Assembly: GCA_963677435.1 (NCBI GenBank)
Contig: OY781945.1
Location: forward strand, 896,001 to 960,000
Length of the DNA stretch: 64,000 nt
From: an uncultured Aliarcobacter sp.
Lineage (GTDB): Bacteria > Campylobacterota > Campylobacteria > Campylobacterales > Arcobacteraceae
Reading direction: 5' to 3'
The position numbers were made by a program, and so were the translations under genes. The first letter of the stretch is position 1. Each line of letters opens with the position of its first letter. Below the pieces are notes generated by a model. The model was not told where the DNA came from, did no database searches, and saw only the letters and a list, made by a program, of their open reading frames with translations. This document shows, piece after piece, positions 51,359 to 61,761 of this stretch.

Positions 51359-52702
51359 TTGACTTTTTTTTTTAAATTTGTAGGATATAACTTTTTTTTT
51401 ATGTCTTTTATATTATCTATTCCTCATACTTTAGCCATTAGAAATATATTACTTTATAGTTTATTTTCAGTTGTAATTTATTTTTATTTTAAATCTAAAT
51501 CAAATATATTTAATATTTTTCAAAATGAAAGATTAATCTTCTTACAAAAAACTTATTTTTTATTAACATTATGGATTTTTTTTGGTTTAATATTTTTAGC
51601 AGAAAATCAAAAATTAGTTTTCAGTGAAATTAAAAATTATTGGATAGTTCCTTTTTTATATTTTATTTGCTCTTTTGTATCCTTTATAATTATTTATAGA
51701 CATAATAAAAAATTTGTACAATATCTATTCTCTATAATTTTTATTGCCTTTTTAACTCATATAATTTACATAGATTTTTATGCTCTTCAACAATATATTT
51801 TAAATAATCACTTAATTAGTAGGTTTGGTGGATTAGAAGGAACTCCTGATAGGGCTAGTTATGTTACAAATTTACTTTTGGGATTGTTATTTGCAGAGAT
51901 TGTTTATCGACTAAAAACAACTAAAAAATTTCTTGTTTTTGATAATTTTACTGTTATTATATTTTTATTATTAATATTAATGAGTGCTGTTATTGAATCT
52001 ATGAGAAATGGAGTTCTAACAGTAGTTTTTTTAATTCTAACAAGCTTATTTTTGATTTTTTACAAATCTAATTATTCTATTAAATTAAAAATATTGATAT
52101 CAGTTGTATTATTTGCATTATTATCATTCCCTTTATATTATAATCTTAAGAATGATGCAAGATGGACTACTCTTATAAAAACAATTCCTATTGCATTAGA
52201 TATTGAAAATAATAAATATTGGTTAAATTCTAGTAAATTTTCAATTCCTAAATTACCTGATGGTAAGAATGTTACATATTCTAATTATGCAAGAATAGCA
52301 TGGTTTAAAGCAGGAATATTATTTGCAGTAGAAAAACCTTTTGGTATTGGTTACCAAAGAAATAGTTTTGGTGAAGCTATGCAAAGTAAATATGGTGAAC
52401 ACGCAAGAAGTACATCTCACAGCGGATTTATTGATTTGTTGATTGGAATTGGATTTTTAGGAGTAGGTATATTCTTTGTTTTGATTTACAAAATAATAAA
52501 ATACTCTTTTGAAATATTTTTTAAAGAGTATAACTATTATTCAATAGCATTAATTTTTATGGTTACAGGAACTATTAGTAGATTTTTTGTTGACCCAAAT
52601 TTAAGAGATCATATGTTTTTAACTTTTATGTTTATTCTTGGATTTTTACTAGCAGGATTATTTGAAACAGATGAAAAAATTAAAATTAATAAGAGCAAAT
52701 AA
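51359..52702 (+). CDS. waaL: O-antigen ligase (WaaL/Wzy_C family)
   Basis: About 12 TM helices; SMRNG; periplasmic loop with SNYARI, PFGIG, SHSGFID...GIGFLG; located in the core locus. Confidence 0.8.
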   Translation: MTFFFKFVGYNFFFMSFILSIPHTLAIRNILLYSLFSVVIYFYFKSKSNIFNIFQNERLIFLQKTYFLLTLWIFFGLIFLAENQKLVFSEIKNYWIVPFLYFICSFVSFIIIYRHNKKFVQYLFSIIFIAFLTHIIYIDFYALQQYILNNHLISRFGGLEGTPDRASYVTNLLLGLLFAEIVYRLKTTKKFLVFDNFTVIIFLLLILMSAVIESMRNGVLTVVFLILTSLFLIFYKSNYSIKLKILISVVLFALLSFPLYYNLKNDARWTTLIKTIPIALDIENNKYWLNSSKFSIPKLPDGKNVTYSNYARIAWFKAGILFAVEKPFGIGYQRNSFGEAMQSKYGEHARSTSHSGFIDLLIGIGFLGVGIFFVLIYKIIKYSFEIFFKEYNYYSIALIFMVTGTISRFFVDPNLRDHMFLTFMFILGFLLAGLFETDEKIKINKSK

Positions 52703-53711
52703 AACAAAATTTGGTGGAGCAGAGGTCTATTTGAGTAGATTATCTGAGCAATTAAAAAAAATCAATGTTGAACATGAACTTATTTTCTCAAATATTCCTA
52801 AATTTTTACCATCTTGGTTGAGAGTTATATTATTTAATATTAATGTATGTCTGAATAAAAAAGATGATGTTTATTTTTCACTAGAAAGAATATCTTGTCC
52901 TGATATTTATAGGGCAGGAGATGGTGTTCATAAAGTTTTTTTGCAAGTAGAAAAGAAATCTGTATTTAATCCTCTTCATTTAGTTTATGTATATTTAGAA
53001 AAAAGAACATTTAATAATTCTAAAAAGATTATTGCAAATTCAAAAATGGTAAAAAATCAAATTGTAGAAACTTATAATATTAATCCTGAAAAGATTGAAG
53101 TTATATATAATGGTTTTACTCTTGAGAAAGTTGATTTTGCAAAGTCATATAATAATTTAGATAAAGAGTTTAATCTAAAAAATTATGCAAATAAAAAAAT
53201 ATTTTTATATGTAGGAAGTGGTTTTAAAAGAAAAGGTGTAAAAGAGTTTTTAGAAATTTTATCAAAATTGAAAAATAGAAATTTTATTGCATTTATCATT
53301 GGAAAAGAAAAAAAAATCAAAGATTATATATCTTATGCTAAAGAGTTAAATATTTCTGAACAAGTTATATTTACAGGTGCTAGAACGGATGTAAAAGATT
53401 TTTATACTATTAGTGATATTTTTTTATTTCCAACTAAATATGAACCTTTTTCAAATGTTATTTTAGAAGCTATGAATTATGAAAATGTTGTAATAACAAC
53501 AAAACAAAATGGTGCAAGTGAAATATTACCAACAGATTATATAATGAATAAAGCAGATGATTATTCTATTGTTGATAAAATTGATAAAATTTTAATAGAT
53601 GATTCAGAAATGAATAGGATTAAAAAACAAAATCTTGAAATTGTTCAAAATTTTTCTATTGAAAGAAATGTACAAGAAACATTGAAAGTTATAAATGAAA
53701 TTATTAATTGA
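52671..53711 (+). CDS. GT4 glycosyltransferase, WabG-like (putative galacturonosyltransferase)
   Basis: FGGAEVY, SLERISCPDIYRAGDGVH, VGSGFKRKG, FPTKYEPFSNVILEAM. TTG 52662 is an alternative start. Confidence 0.85.
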   Translation: MKKLKLIRANKTKFGGAEVYLSRLSEQLKKINVEHELIFSNIPKFLPSWLRVILFNINVCLNKKDDVYFSLERISCPDIYRAGDGVHKVFLQVEKKSVFNPLHLVYVYLEKRTFNNSKKIIANSKMVKNQIVETYNINPEKIEVIYNGFTLEKVDFAKSYNNLDKEFNLKNYANKKIFLYVGSGFKRKGVKEFLEILSKLKNRNFIAFIIGKEKKIKDYISYAKELNISEQVIFTGARTDVKDFYTISDIFLFPTKYEPFSNVILEAMNYENVVITTKQNGASEILPTDYIMNKADDYSIVDKIDKILIDDSEMNRIKKQNLEIVQNFSIERNVQETLKVINEIIN

Positions 53712-54627
53712 AGTTCCAACATGGTTAGGTGATGCAATTATGTCAACACCTGCTATTGAAAATATTGTTAAAAACTTTGAAGATATAGAAATTACAATAT
53801 TTGGTTCTTATGTTTCTGCTGAACTTTTTAAAAATCATCCAAATGTAAAAAATATAATTGTAGATAAAACTAAAAAATCAAAAAATAGATATATTGAATT
53901 ATTTAAACTAGCAAGAAAAATAGGTAATTTTGATATGGCTATTAGTTTTAGAAGTTCTTTTACTACAAAATTATTTTTCTTTTTTATAAATGCAAAAAAG
54001 AAATATGTATTTAAAAAAGTAAAAAAGCAGATGCATCAAGTTATAAAATACAATGATTTTATAAATAAATCTTTAAAAAATGATATGCAAGCTGAAGATT
54101 TAAAAATTTGTTTTAATCCTTTCTCTTTTTCTAAAGCAACTTTAGGTATTAATCCTGGAGCTACTTATGGAAGTGCAAAAAGATGGTATCCCCTAGAGTT
54201 TGCAAAAGTTGCTATTTCTCTAGCAAATAAATATGATATTGTAATCTTTGGTGGGCCAAATGAAGTTGATATTGCAAATGATATAGAAAAAGAGTTAATT
54301 TTAAATGGTATTACTAATTATCAAAATTTAGCAGGAAAAACAACTATATCAGAGCTTATAGAAAAAATAGCTGGATTAGATTTATTTATTACAAATGACA
54401 GTGGACCTATGCATGTTGCTGCTGCTTTTAAGATTAAAACTATTTGTATTTTTGGACCAACAAAATTTACTGAAACAAATCAATGGCATAATGAAAATGG
54501 AAGAATAATTACAAAAAGTCTTGATTGTGCACCATGTATGAAGAGAGTTTGTCCATTAAAACACCATAACTGTATGAAGTTAATTACAGCTTCTGATGTT
54601 TTAAAAGTTGTAGAAGAATTAGCTTAA
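53695..54627 (+). CDS. waaF: LPS heptosyltransferase II (GT9)
   Basis: [51 protein letters not shown]. Confidence 0.93.
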   Translation: MKLLIEVPTWLGDAIMSTPAIENIVKNFEDIEITIFGSYVSAELFKNHPNVKNIIVDKTKKSKNRYIELFKLARKIGNFDMAISFRSSFTTKLFFFFINAKKKYVFKKVKKQMHQVIKYNDFINKSLKNDMQAEDLKICFNPFSFSKATLGINPGATYGSAKRWYPLEFAKVAISLANKYDIVIFGGPNEVDIANDIEKELILNGITNYQNLAGKTTISELIEKIAGLDLFITNDSGPMHVAAAFKIKTICIFGPTKFTETNQWHNENGRIITKSLDCAPCMKRVCPLKHHNCMKLITASDVLKVVEELA

Positions 54628-55185
54628 TTCATTATCAATAATTTGGCAAATAGTGTGCCCGAATAATATATGCATTTCTTGAATTCTTGGAGTATTATTT
54701 GATGGTACTACTAAATTTATATCACATAACTCATTCATAATTCCACCATCTCTTCCCGTAAATCCTAAAGTTTTGCATCCCATTTCTTTTGCTACTTTTA
54801 GAGCATTAGCAATATTTTTACTATTTCCACTTGTGCTAATACCTATTACTAAGTCACCTTTATTAGCTAATGCTTCAACTTGTCTATCAAAAACTCTATC
54901 ATATCCATAATCATTACCAATTGCAGTTAAGGCACTTGTATCCGTTGTTAGAGCAATTCCTGGTAATCCTCTTCTCTCAGTTTTGTATCTACCTGTTAAT
55001 TCTGCTGCAATATGTTGTGCATCTGCTGCACTTCCACCATTCCCACAAAGTAAGATTTTATTTCCATTTTTTAATGTTTCAACAGCAAGAATTGAAGCTG
55101 CTTCTAATTTTTCTTGCATAGTATCAATTACAGTATTTATTGTTTCTAAATGCGAAGAAAATTCATTTTTAATTGCTTGTTTCAT
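54619..55185 (-). CDS. gmhA: D-sedoheptulose-7-phosphate isomerase
   Basis: [36 protein letters not shown]. Confidence 0.97.
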   Translation of the reverse strand: MKQAIKNEFSSHLETINTVIDTMQEKLEAASILAVETLKNGNKILLCGNGGSAADAQHIAAELTGRYKTERRGLPGIALTTDTSALTAIGNDYGYDRVFDRQVEALANKGDLVIGISTSGNSKNIANALKVAKEMGCKTLGFTGRDGGIMNELCDINLVVPSNNTPRIQEMHILFGHTICQIIDNELS

Positions 55186-56602
55186 TGTTTTGTATCCTTT
55201 TTATTGTATTCGTTGTACTTTTCCCATCTACAAATTTTACTAATTTTAATTCATTTGCTATATCTTGACCAATTACATCTTTACCCTCATAATCTCCACC
55301 TTTTACCAAAGTATGTGGTTTAACAAGTTTAATTAAGTCATAAGGTGTTTCTTCTTCAAATATTACTACAAAATCTACACTTTCAAGTGAAGCTAAAATA
55401 TAAGCTCTATCATCTTGGTTATTTATAGGTCTTGTTGGTCCTTTTAATTCTCTAACTGATTTATCAGCATTAACCCCAACAATTAAAATATCTCCATAAG
55501 TTTTTGCTTCTTCTAAATATTTTACATGACCTGCATGTAAAATATCAAAACAACCATTTGTAAAAACTATTTTTTTACCTAAGTTATGAAATTTTTCAGC
55601 TAATTTTTCAATTTCATCGAAAGTTTTTATATGTGAATTAGAGTTTGATTTATGTAAACTTGATTCATATTCATAAATTTCATCTAAAGAGGCAGTTGCA
55701 CTTCCTATTTTTCCAACTACAACACCTGCTGCTAAATTTGCAAAACTAATAGCTTCTTTAATATTAAAATCATTTCCTAAAGCAAAAGCAATTGATGCAA
55801 TAACTGTATCCCCAGCTCCGGTTACATCATAAACTTCTCTTGCAACTGTAGGTTTTATAGTTAAATCTTCATCAAAAATTGCAATTCCATTTTCACTTAA
55901 TGTAATTAATGAAACTTCTAAATTACAAATTTCTTTTAAATATTTAAGAGAATCAATTAAAGAGTTTTCATCTTTTATATTGATATTTGTAGCTTCCATC
56001 GCCTCTTTTTTATTAGGTGTTAAAGTATAAGCACCTTTATATTTACTATAATCTTTACCTTTTGGATCAACTAGAACTTTTACAGAGTTTTTATTTGCAA
56101 TCTTGATAATAGTTTGTGTTAAATTTGCTGTTAAAACACCTTTCCCATAATCTGATAATATAATTGAATCATATTTTTTAATAGTTGATTCTAGATTTTC
56201 TAATATTTTTTTAGAACTATTTTCACTTATATCATCAATACTTTCCATGTCATATCTTAATACTTGTTGTTGAGAAGCTATTAAACGACTTTTTTTAGAT
56301 GTTTTTCTATTCTCTTCAACAATTAAGCCAAAACTTGAAACATCTATTTTTTTTAGTAAATCTTTTAATTCATTAGCAACTAAATCATCTCCAATAACAC
56401 TTACTACATCTACTTTTGCTCCAAGAACAAAAAGATTGTTGATTACATTTCCTGCTCCACCAAGTACAGCACTCTCTTTTTTAACATTTACTACAGGAAC
56501 AGGTGCTTCTGGAGATATTCTTTCACAACTTCCCCATAAATAGTGATCTATCATTAAATCACCAATTACTAATATACTTGGTTTTTTATCTAATTTCTTC
56601 AT
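55169..56602 (-). CDS. hldE: Bifunctional heptose-7-phosphate kinase / heptose-1-phosphate adenylyltransferase
   Basis: [43 protein letters not shown]. Confidence 0.97.
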   Translation of the reverse strand: MKKLDKKPSILVIGDLMIDHYLWGSCERISPEAPVPVVNVKKESAVLGGAGNVINNLFVLGAKVDVVSVIGDDLVANELKDLLKKIDVSSFGLIVEENRKTSKKSRLIASQQQVLRYDMESIDDISENSSKKILENLESTIKKYDSIILSDYGKGVLTANLTQTIIKIANKNSVKVLVDPKGKDYSKYKGAYTLTPNKKEAMEATNINIKDENSLIDSLKYLKEICNLEVSLITLSENGIAIFDEDLTIKPTVAREVYDVTGAGDTVIASIAFALGNDFNIKEAISFANLAAGVVVGKIGSATASLDEIYEYESSLHKSNSNSHIKTFDEIEKLAEKFHNLGKKIVFTNGCFDILHAGHVKYLEEAKTYGDILIVGVNADKSVRELKGPTRPINNQDDRAYILASLESVDFVVIFEEETPYDLIKLVKPHTLVKGGDYEGKDVIGQDIANELKLVKFVDGKSTTNTIKRIQNNETSN

Positions 56603-57606
56603 TTAACTTCTTCTTGAAATGATTTTTTAATTTCAGGAATATAGGCTTTTATTCCTTCTTCCATAGAAAATTTTGCTTCATAGTTTAAATATTTTTTTGT
56701 TGATTCAATATTTGCTTGTGTGAAAAATTGGTAAGAACCAATATATGGATTTGGAATATACTCTTTTCCATTATCAATTTCTAACTCTTTTTGTAAAATA
56801 TTAACAATATCTTCAAAACTTCTAGCTTTACCAGTTCCTACATTATAAATACCAGATTTTTTTGGATTAGTTGCAAGAATATTTGCTTGAATAATATCAT
56901 CAATATAGATGAAATCTCTAAGTATTTTATCACTACCCTCAAAAAGTTTTGGAGTTAATCCTTTTAAGATTTGGTGTCCAAACTGAATTACCATTGAAGC
57001 TGTTTTATTTTTGAAAAATTCTCTTGGACCATAAACATTAAAATATTTTAATCCTACAATTGATATATCTAAATCATTTTTTAAATACTCATTCGTAACA
57101 TTATCCATCATAACTTTTGAAAATCCATATACATTATTTGGTTTTTCATATCCAATTTCAAATCTATCACTATCTCCATATGTTGCAGCACTACTTGCAT
57201 AAATCATATTTGCTTTATGTTTTATTGCAATTTTCAATAAATTCTCATATGCATTTACATTTGTTTTTATCATTAAATCTTGTTCATTTACTGTTGTATC
57301 TGAAATTGCCGCTTGATGAAAGATATAATCAAATTTATAGTTTTTTTCTAATTTCTTTAATAGATTTTTATCATTTATATCTCCACTAATAACAATTCCA
57401 CTAAATCCTAAAAGATTTTTAAAATGTCCAAAACTTTTTAAATTTCCATTAGAAAATGTTTCTCCACTTCTAAAACAATCAACTACAATAATTTTAGATT
57501 TTGGATAATTATTTTGAAAATAAAATGCAAGATTTGAACCGACAAATCCAGCTCCACCTGTAATTAAGATAGTTTTTTTATCAAAATCAATATCGTTATA
57601 TTTCAT
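56599..57606 (-). CDS. hldD: ADP-L-glycero-D-manno-heptose 6-epimerase
   Basis: TGGAGFVGSN, HQAAISDTT, YASSAATYG, YGFSK, YFNVYGPRE..K..TASM, YQFFTQA. Confidence 0.95.
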   Translation of the reverse strand: MKYNDIDFDKKTILITGGAGFVGSNLAFYFQNNYPKSKIIVVDCFRSGETFSNGNLKSFGHFKNLLGFSGIVISGDINDKNLLKKLEKNYKFDYIFHQAAISDTTVNEQDLMIKTNVNAYENLLKIAIKHKANMIYASSAATYGDSDRFEIGYEKPNNVYGFSKVMMDNVTNEYLKNDLDISIVGLKYFNVYGPREFFKNKTASMVIQFGHQILKGLTPKLFEGSDKILRDFIYIDDIIQANILATNPKKSGIYNVGTGKARSFEDIVNILQKELEIDNGKEYIPNPYIGSYQFFTQANIESTKKYLNYEAKFSMEEGIKAYIPEIKKSFQEEVK

Positions 57607-57614
57607 TATAAGCC

Positions 57615-58142
57615 TTATTTTTTAATTATATTTATTGTTTCTAGTAAACTATTCGCAATATTTGAATTTTCAGATTTATTTTTATCGTTTGAAATTAGTA
57701 TTTTATTAGGAATATTTGCATTTATAGCAGTTTGGATATCACTTGTTTTATCTCCAATAAGCCATGAATTTTCTAAATCTATATTGTTAAAATCTTTTAA
57801 TGATTGTTCAATCATTCCAGTATTTGGTTTTCTACAATTACAATTTTCATCTGGTGAATGGGGACAAAAATAGACATTCAAAATATTTATTCCATGTTTT
57901 TTAAATTCATTTTTCATCCAATCTGTAAGTTCAATAAAATCATCTTTTGAATAATATTCTCTTCCTATTCCTGATTGGTTTGTAATAATTATGATTTCAT
58001 ATCCTAATTTTATGAAATGATTGCAAGCTTCAAATACTCCATCAATAAAATCAAATTTACCAATTTTACTCACATAACCATAATCATGATTTATTACGCC
58101 ATCTCTATCTAGAAAAATTATCTTCTTTTTTGTATTTTGAAT
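57615..58142 (-). CDS. gmhB: D,D-heptose-1,7-bisphosphate phosphatase (non-canonical ATT start)
   Basis: The frame extends upstream of the track start to include HAD motif I (FLDRDGVIN). Also ITNQSGIGR, CPH...CNCRKP, IGDK.SD. ATT at 58142 lies 6 nt after AAGGA. Confidence 0.9.
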   Translation of the reverse strand: MQNTKKKIIFLDRDGVINHDYGYVSKIGKFDFIDGVFEACNHFIKLGYEIIIITNQSGIGREYYSKDDFIELTDWMKNEFKKHGINILNVYFCPHSPDENCNCRKPNTGMIEQSLKDFNNIDLENSWLIGDKTSDIQTAINANIPNKILISNDKNKSENSNIANSLLETINIIKK

Positions 58143-58232
58143 AAAAAATCCTTTTTATAAAATTTATTAAATATTAACATAAAGCACATTTAACTATAAT
58201 AAGTTATATGATATTTATACAGAAAGTGATAT

Positions 58233-59102
58233 ATGGACAAAACAACAATCTCATACAAAACAACAAATCTATTAATTGAAGAACTAAAAAAGCAAGATGA
58301 TATAGAAGTTTTAAAAGAAGGAAATTTTTTTACTAAACTGTTTTCTAAAAAAACATATGCTGATGTATATTTTCATTCTGGTCTTTTAGATGATAACTCT
58401 ATTGATAAAATTCAAAATTCAAAAATTACTATTACAAATACTTTTGCTTCGATGAATCAAATAATTGCAAAAACTAAAATTTCCCATGAAAAAATAAAAG
58501 TGATTTATCCAAGTATTAATGTCGAATATAAAAAGACAAAAGAGGTAAAAGCAAAATTTTGTGAAGAATTTCAAATTGATTTAAAAACAAAAATTATCTT
58601 TTTTACTGCTAAAAACTTCAAATCTTCAGGTGTAAAAGAGTTCTTAGATATTTGCTCTTCTATTACATATGAGGATTTCAAAATAATAATTGCAGGTGAT
58701 ACACAGCAAATTAATACTTTAAAATTTCAATTGCCTAAATATTCAAAGCTTGAAAATAGAATTATTATACTTGAAAATTATTCAAATATAAATGATTTGT
58801 TTTTAGTTTCTGATATATTTTTATTACCAACTTATAATAAATCTTTTTCTACAAATATTATAAAAGCAATGTTTTGTAAGTGTGCAGTTTTTTTAAATAT
58901 TGATAATGATGCAAAAGAGATTGTAGATGTTTTTGCTTCAATGGATAGCCCAACAGATCAAAGTTTAATATTTAAAATCGATGCAATTTTAAATGGAAAA
59001 GATGATTTAAAACAAATAAAAAAAGAGAATAGGAAATTAGCTTTAGAGTTTACGCTAGAGAATAATTTATCTAAATTTAATCATATACTAAGTAATGTTT
59101 AA
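58233..59102 (+). CDS. Degenerate GT4-like protein (WabG paralogue lacking the catalytic EX7E motif)
   Basis: [20 protein letters not shown] and SDIFLLPT align with 52671-53711. TATAAT at 58195-58200. Confidence 0.7.
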   Translation: MDKTTISYKTTNLLIEELKKQDDIEVLKEGNFFTKLFSKKTYADVYFHSGLLDDNSIDKIQNSKITITNTFASMNQIIAKTKISHEKIKVIYPSINVEYKKTKEVKAKFCEEFQIDLKTKIIFFTAKNFKSSGVKEFLDICSSITYEDFKIIIAGDTQQINTLKFQLPKYSKLENRIIILENYSNINDLFLVSDIFLLPTYNKSFSTNIIKAMFCKCAVFLNIDNDAKEIVDVFASMDSPTDQSLIFKIDAILNGKDDLKQIKKENRKLALEFTLENNLSKFNHILSNV

Positions 59103-59163
59103 ATTTACCTTAAGAAAAACAAGGTACAATACGCAAATATTTTTCACTATAGAAGGAATACAA

Positions 59164-59352
59164 ATGTCAAGAAGATGTGCAATATCTGGAAAAGGGCCTA
59201 TGTCTGGTAACAACGTAAGTCACGCAAAAAACAGAACTAAAAGAAGATTTTTACCAAACATTAGAACAGTTAGAGTTACATTAGAAGATGGAACTACAAC
59301 TAAGTTAAAAGTTTCTGCAAAAGAGTTAAGAACTCTTAAAAAACACTCATAA
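59164..59352 (+). CDS. rpmB: 50S ribosomal protein L28
   Basis: [10 protein letters not shown]...[26 protein letters not shown] before ATG 59164 and a TACAAT -10 at 59125-59130, so the track's upstream extension is spurious. Confidence 0.97.
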   Translation: MSRRCAISGKGPMSGNNVSHAKNRTKRRFLPNIRTVRVTLEDGTTTKLKVSAKELRTLKKHS

Positions 59353-59375
59353 GAAGGCTCTAGAAAAGTGCTTTC

Positions 59376-60503
59376 ATGAGCATCTTTACTAAAGTAAAAA
59401 AGGCTATTGGCTGGGAAATAAGAACAGCCAAACCTCAATACGATTTAAATCCCTTAATATATTCACAATTAAAACCCTTTAGATTACCTCTAATTCTCAT
59501 TCAAACTGTAATGATGATAGGAACATTAGGTTATGTTTATATTGAAGACTATTCAATAATGCATGCCATTTTTCAATCAGCTTATACTTTTACCACAACT
59601 GGATTTGGAGCTTTAAACGAAGCAAATTTTAGTAACCAAGGAATAGTATTTACTGTATGTTTAATGTTAGCAGGTTTTGCAACACTAACTTTTTCTGTGG
59701 GTATCGTAATTGATGTTATAGCAAACGGTTCTTTATTAGTATTATTACGGGAGAGAAAAATGCTTTACAAAATAGCAAGATTAAGAAAACATTTCGTTAT
59801 TTGTTATCACAATGAATATACAGCGCAAGTTGCAAGACAATTCAGAGATAATCACATTCCTTTTGTTGTAGTTGATCCAAGAGAAGATATTGAAGAGATT
59901 GCTAAAGAGTATAACTATCCTTACTTTGTAAAAGAAGAACCTTATAAAGAGGTAGCCTTTTTAAAATCACACTTGAGTTCAGCAAAAGGTGCAATTTCAT
60001 TATCAAAAAATATTTCAGATAATATTACATTAATTGCATCTGTTAGACTTTATGAAAAAGAGTTAGGTCGAAATCCTTTTTTAATCATTTCAAATGCCGA
60101 AACGCAAAATGAAAAAATAAGACTTCAAAAACTTGGAGCTGATAAAGTTGTTGCAACTCCATCTCTTATGGCTAAAAGAGTTTCAGCAATGGCGATTAGG
60201 CCAGATATGGAAAATGTTCTTGATGAATTCTTATACAAAAGAGATACTCCAATAGATATGGAAGAAATTTTTGTAAATATGGATTCATGGGTTGTAAATA
60301 GAGAGATTAAAGATATTCATTTACGGGATAGATTAAAAGTTTCTATTATTGGAATTACAGAAGAAAAAGGTAAGTTTATACAAATGCCAAAAGGAACAAT
60401 GTTAATAAATGCAAATTGTAAATTATTATTAGTTGGTTCTCAAAAAGGTATTGTAAGAGCTAAAAGAATTATAAATTTAACTAAAAAACCAGAGGATATA
60501 TAA
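59376..60503 (+). CDS. Potassium channel protein (2TM pore + RCK_N + RCK_C)
   Basis: Filter TFTTTGFG; HFVIC; LGADKVV; C-terminal TrkA-C-like region. Adjacent to rpmB as in other Campylobacterota. Confidence 0.88.
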   Translation: MSIFTKVKKAIGWEIRTAKPQYDLNPLIYSQLKPFRLPLILIQTVMMIGTLGYVYIEDYSIMHAIFQSAYTFTTTGFGALNEANFSNQGIVFTVCLMLAGFATLTFSVGIVIDVIANGSLLVLLRERKMLYKIARLRKHFVICYHNEYTAQVARQFRDNHIPFVVVDPREDIEEIAKEYNYPYFVKEEPYKEVAFLKSHLSSAKGAISLSKNISDNITLIASVRLYEKELGRNPFLIISNAETQNEKIRLQKLGADKVVATPSLMAKRVSAMAIRPDMENVLDEFLYKRDTPIDMEEIFVNMDSWVVNREIKDIHLRDRLKVSIIGITEEKGKFIQMPKGTMLINANCKLLLVGSQKGIVRAKRIINLTKKPEDI

Positions 60504-60507
60504 AATT

Positions 60508-61689
60508 ATGTTTACTATTTTACCAATCAAAGGTTATATTGATCAAATAGATGGATTTTATTGTGATGGAATTCATGCAGGACTTAAACCAAATGGAAAT
60601 AATGATTTAGGATTTATTTACACAAATGAACCTTGTACTGTTGGAGCTATTTTTACAGAAAATAGATTTCAAGCGGCACCTTTAAAACATTTTTTACAAT
60701 ATGGTGAAAATTTTAAAACAAATTTTGTTTTAATAAATTCTAAAAATGCAAATGCACTAACAGGAAAAAAAGGTATTGAAAATATCAATACACTGTTTTC
60801 TCAATTAGATTTTGGTTTAGTAAACCCAATTATGAGCTCAACTGGTGTTATTGGAAATCCATTACCTATTGATAAAATTGTTGCTGGTGCAAAAAGATTT
60901 GATTTAAATTCTAAAAATGGTGAAAATCTTAGTCGAGCTATTATGACAACAGATGCCTATGCAAAAACTTGTATGTATGAAGTAAAACTTGAAGATGGAA
61001 CTTCTTTTAAAATAGGTGCAGTTGCAAAAGGTGCTGGAATGATAAATCCAAATCTTGCAACTATGCTTTGTTTTATTTGTACAGATGCTGCAGCTCCATA
61101 TGCTGATATTATGGAAGCTTTAAAAGTAAACAGTGAAACTACATTTAATGCAATTTCAGTTGACGGAGATACTTCAACAAATGACACAGTAATGGTTTTA
61201 GCAAATGGAAATTCAAAAGCTTATGACAAAGAAGCATTTACAGAAGTTTTAAGACTTGTAATGCACGATATGGCTATGTTAATGGTTGCTGATGGTGAGG
61301 GTGCTAAAAAAGTTGCAGCATTTGAAGTTATAAATGCTGTTTCAAATGAGCAAGCAATGATTGCTGCAAAAGCTTTATCAAATTCATTATTAGTAAAAAC
61401 TGCTCTTTTTGGTGAAGATCCAAACTTTGGAAGAATTGCTTCAACTATTGGTGCTTCAAGAATTGATTGTGATGATGAAAAATTAGTAATTTCTTATAAT
61501 GATGTTGTAGTATTTAATAAAGGTGAAATTTGCTTTGATGCTACAATTGAAGCAAAAGCTGCTGATGTATTAAAAAAAGATAAATATAAAATAATTTGTG
61601 ATATTGGATTAGGTGAAGGTAAATTTACAGCTTATGGTTGTGATTTAGGTTATAAATATGTAGAAATAAATGCAGATTATAGAAGTTAA
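60508..61689 (+). CDS. argJ: Glutamate N-acetyltransferase / amino-acid acetyltransferase
   Basis: NANALTG, SSTGVIG, AIMTTD, AKGAGMI.PNLATML, DGDTSTND, DGEGA.K, GCDL...YV.INADYRS. Confidence 0.97.
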   Translation: MFTILPIKGYIDQIDGFYCDGIHAGLKPNGNNDLGFIYTNEPCTVGAIFTENRFQAAPLKHFLQYGENFKTNFVLINSKNANALTGKKGIENINTLFSQLDFGLVNPIMSSTGVIGNPLPIDKIVAGAKRFDLNSKNGENLSRAIMTTDAYAKTCMYEVKLEDGTSFKIGAVAKGAGMINPNLATMLCFICTDAAAPYADIMEALKVNSETTFNAISVDGDTSTNDTVMVLANGNSKAYDKEAFTEVLRLVMHDMAMLMVADGEGAKKVAAFEVINAVSNEQAMIAAKALSNSLLVKTALFGEDPNFGRIASTIGASRIDCDDEKLVISYNDVVVFNKGEICFDATIEAKAADVLKKDKYKIICDIGLGEGKFTAYGCDLGYKYVEINADYRS

Positions 61690-61761
61690 TAAATAATTTT
61701 TTTACAAAAAATTAAGTACTTAGTTAGTATAATCTTTACAAATTAAAATATAGGATGCAAA

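Noticed and set aside
59095..59163. N-terminal extension of L28 in the ORF track
   Set aside because: The region contains the rpmB -10 element (TACAAT) and RBS; the true start is ATG 59164.
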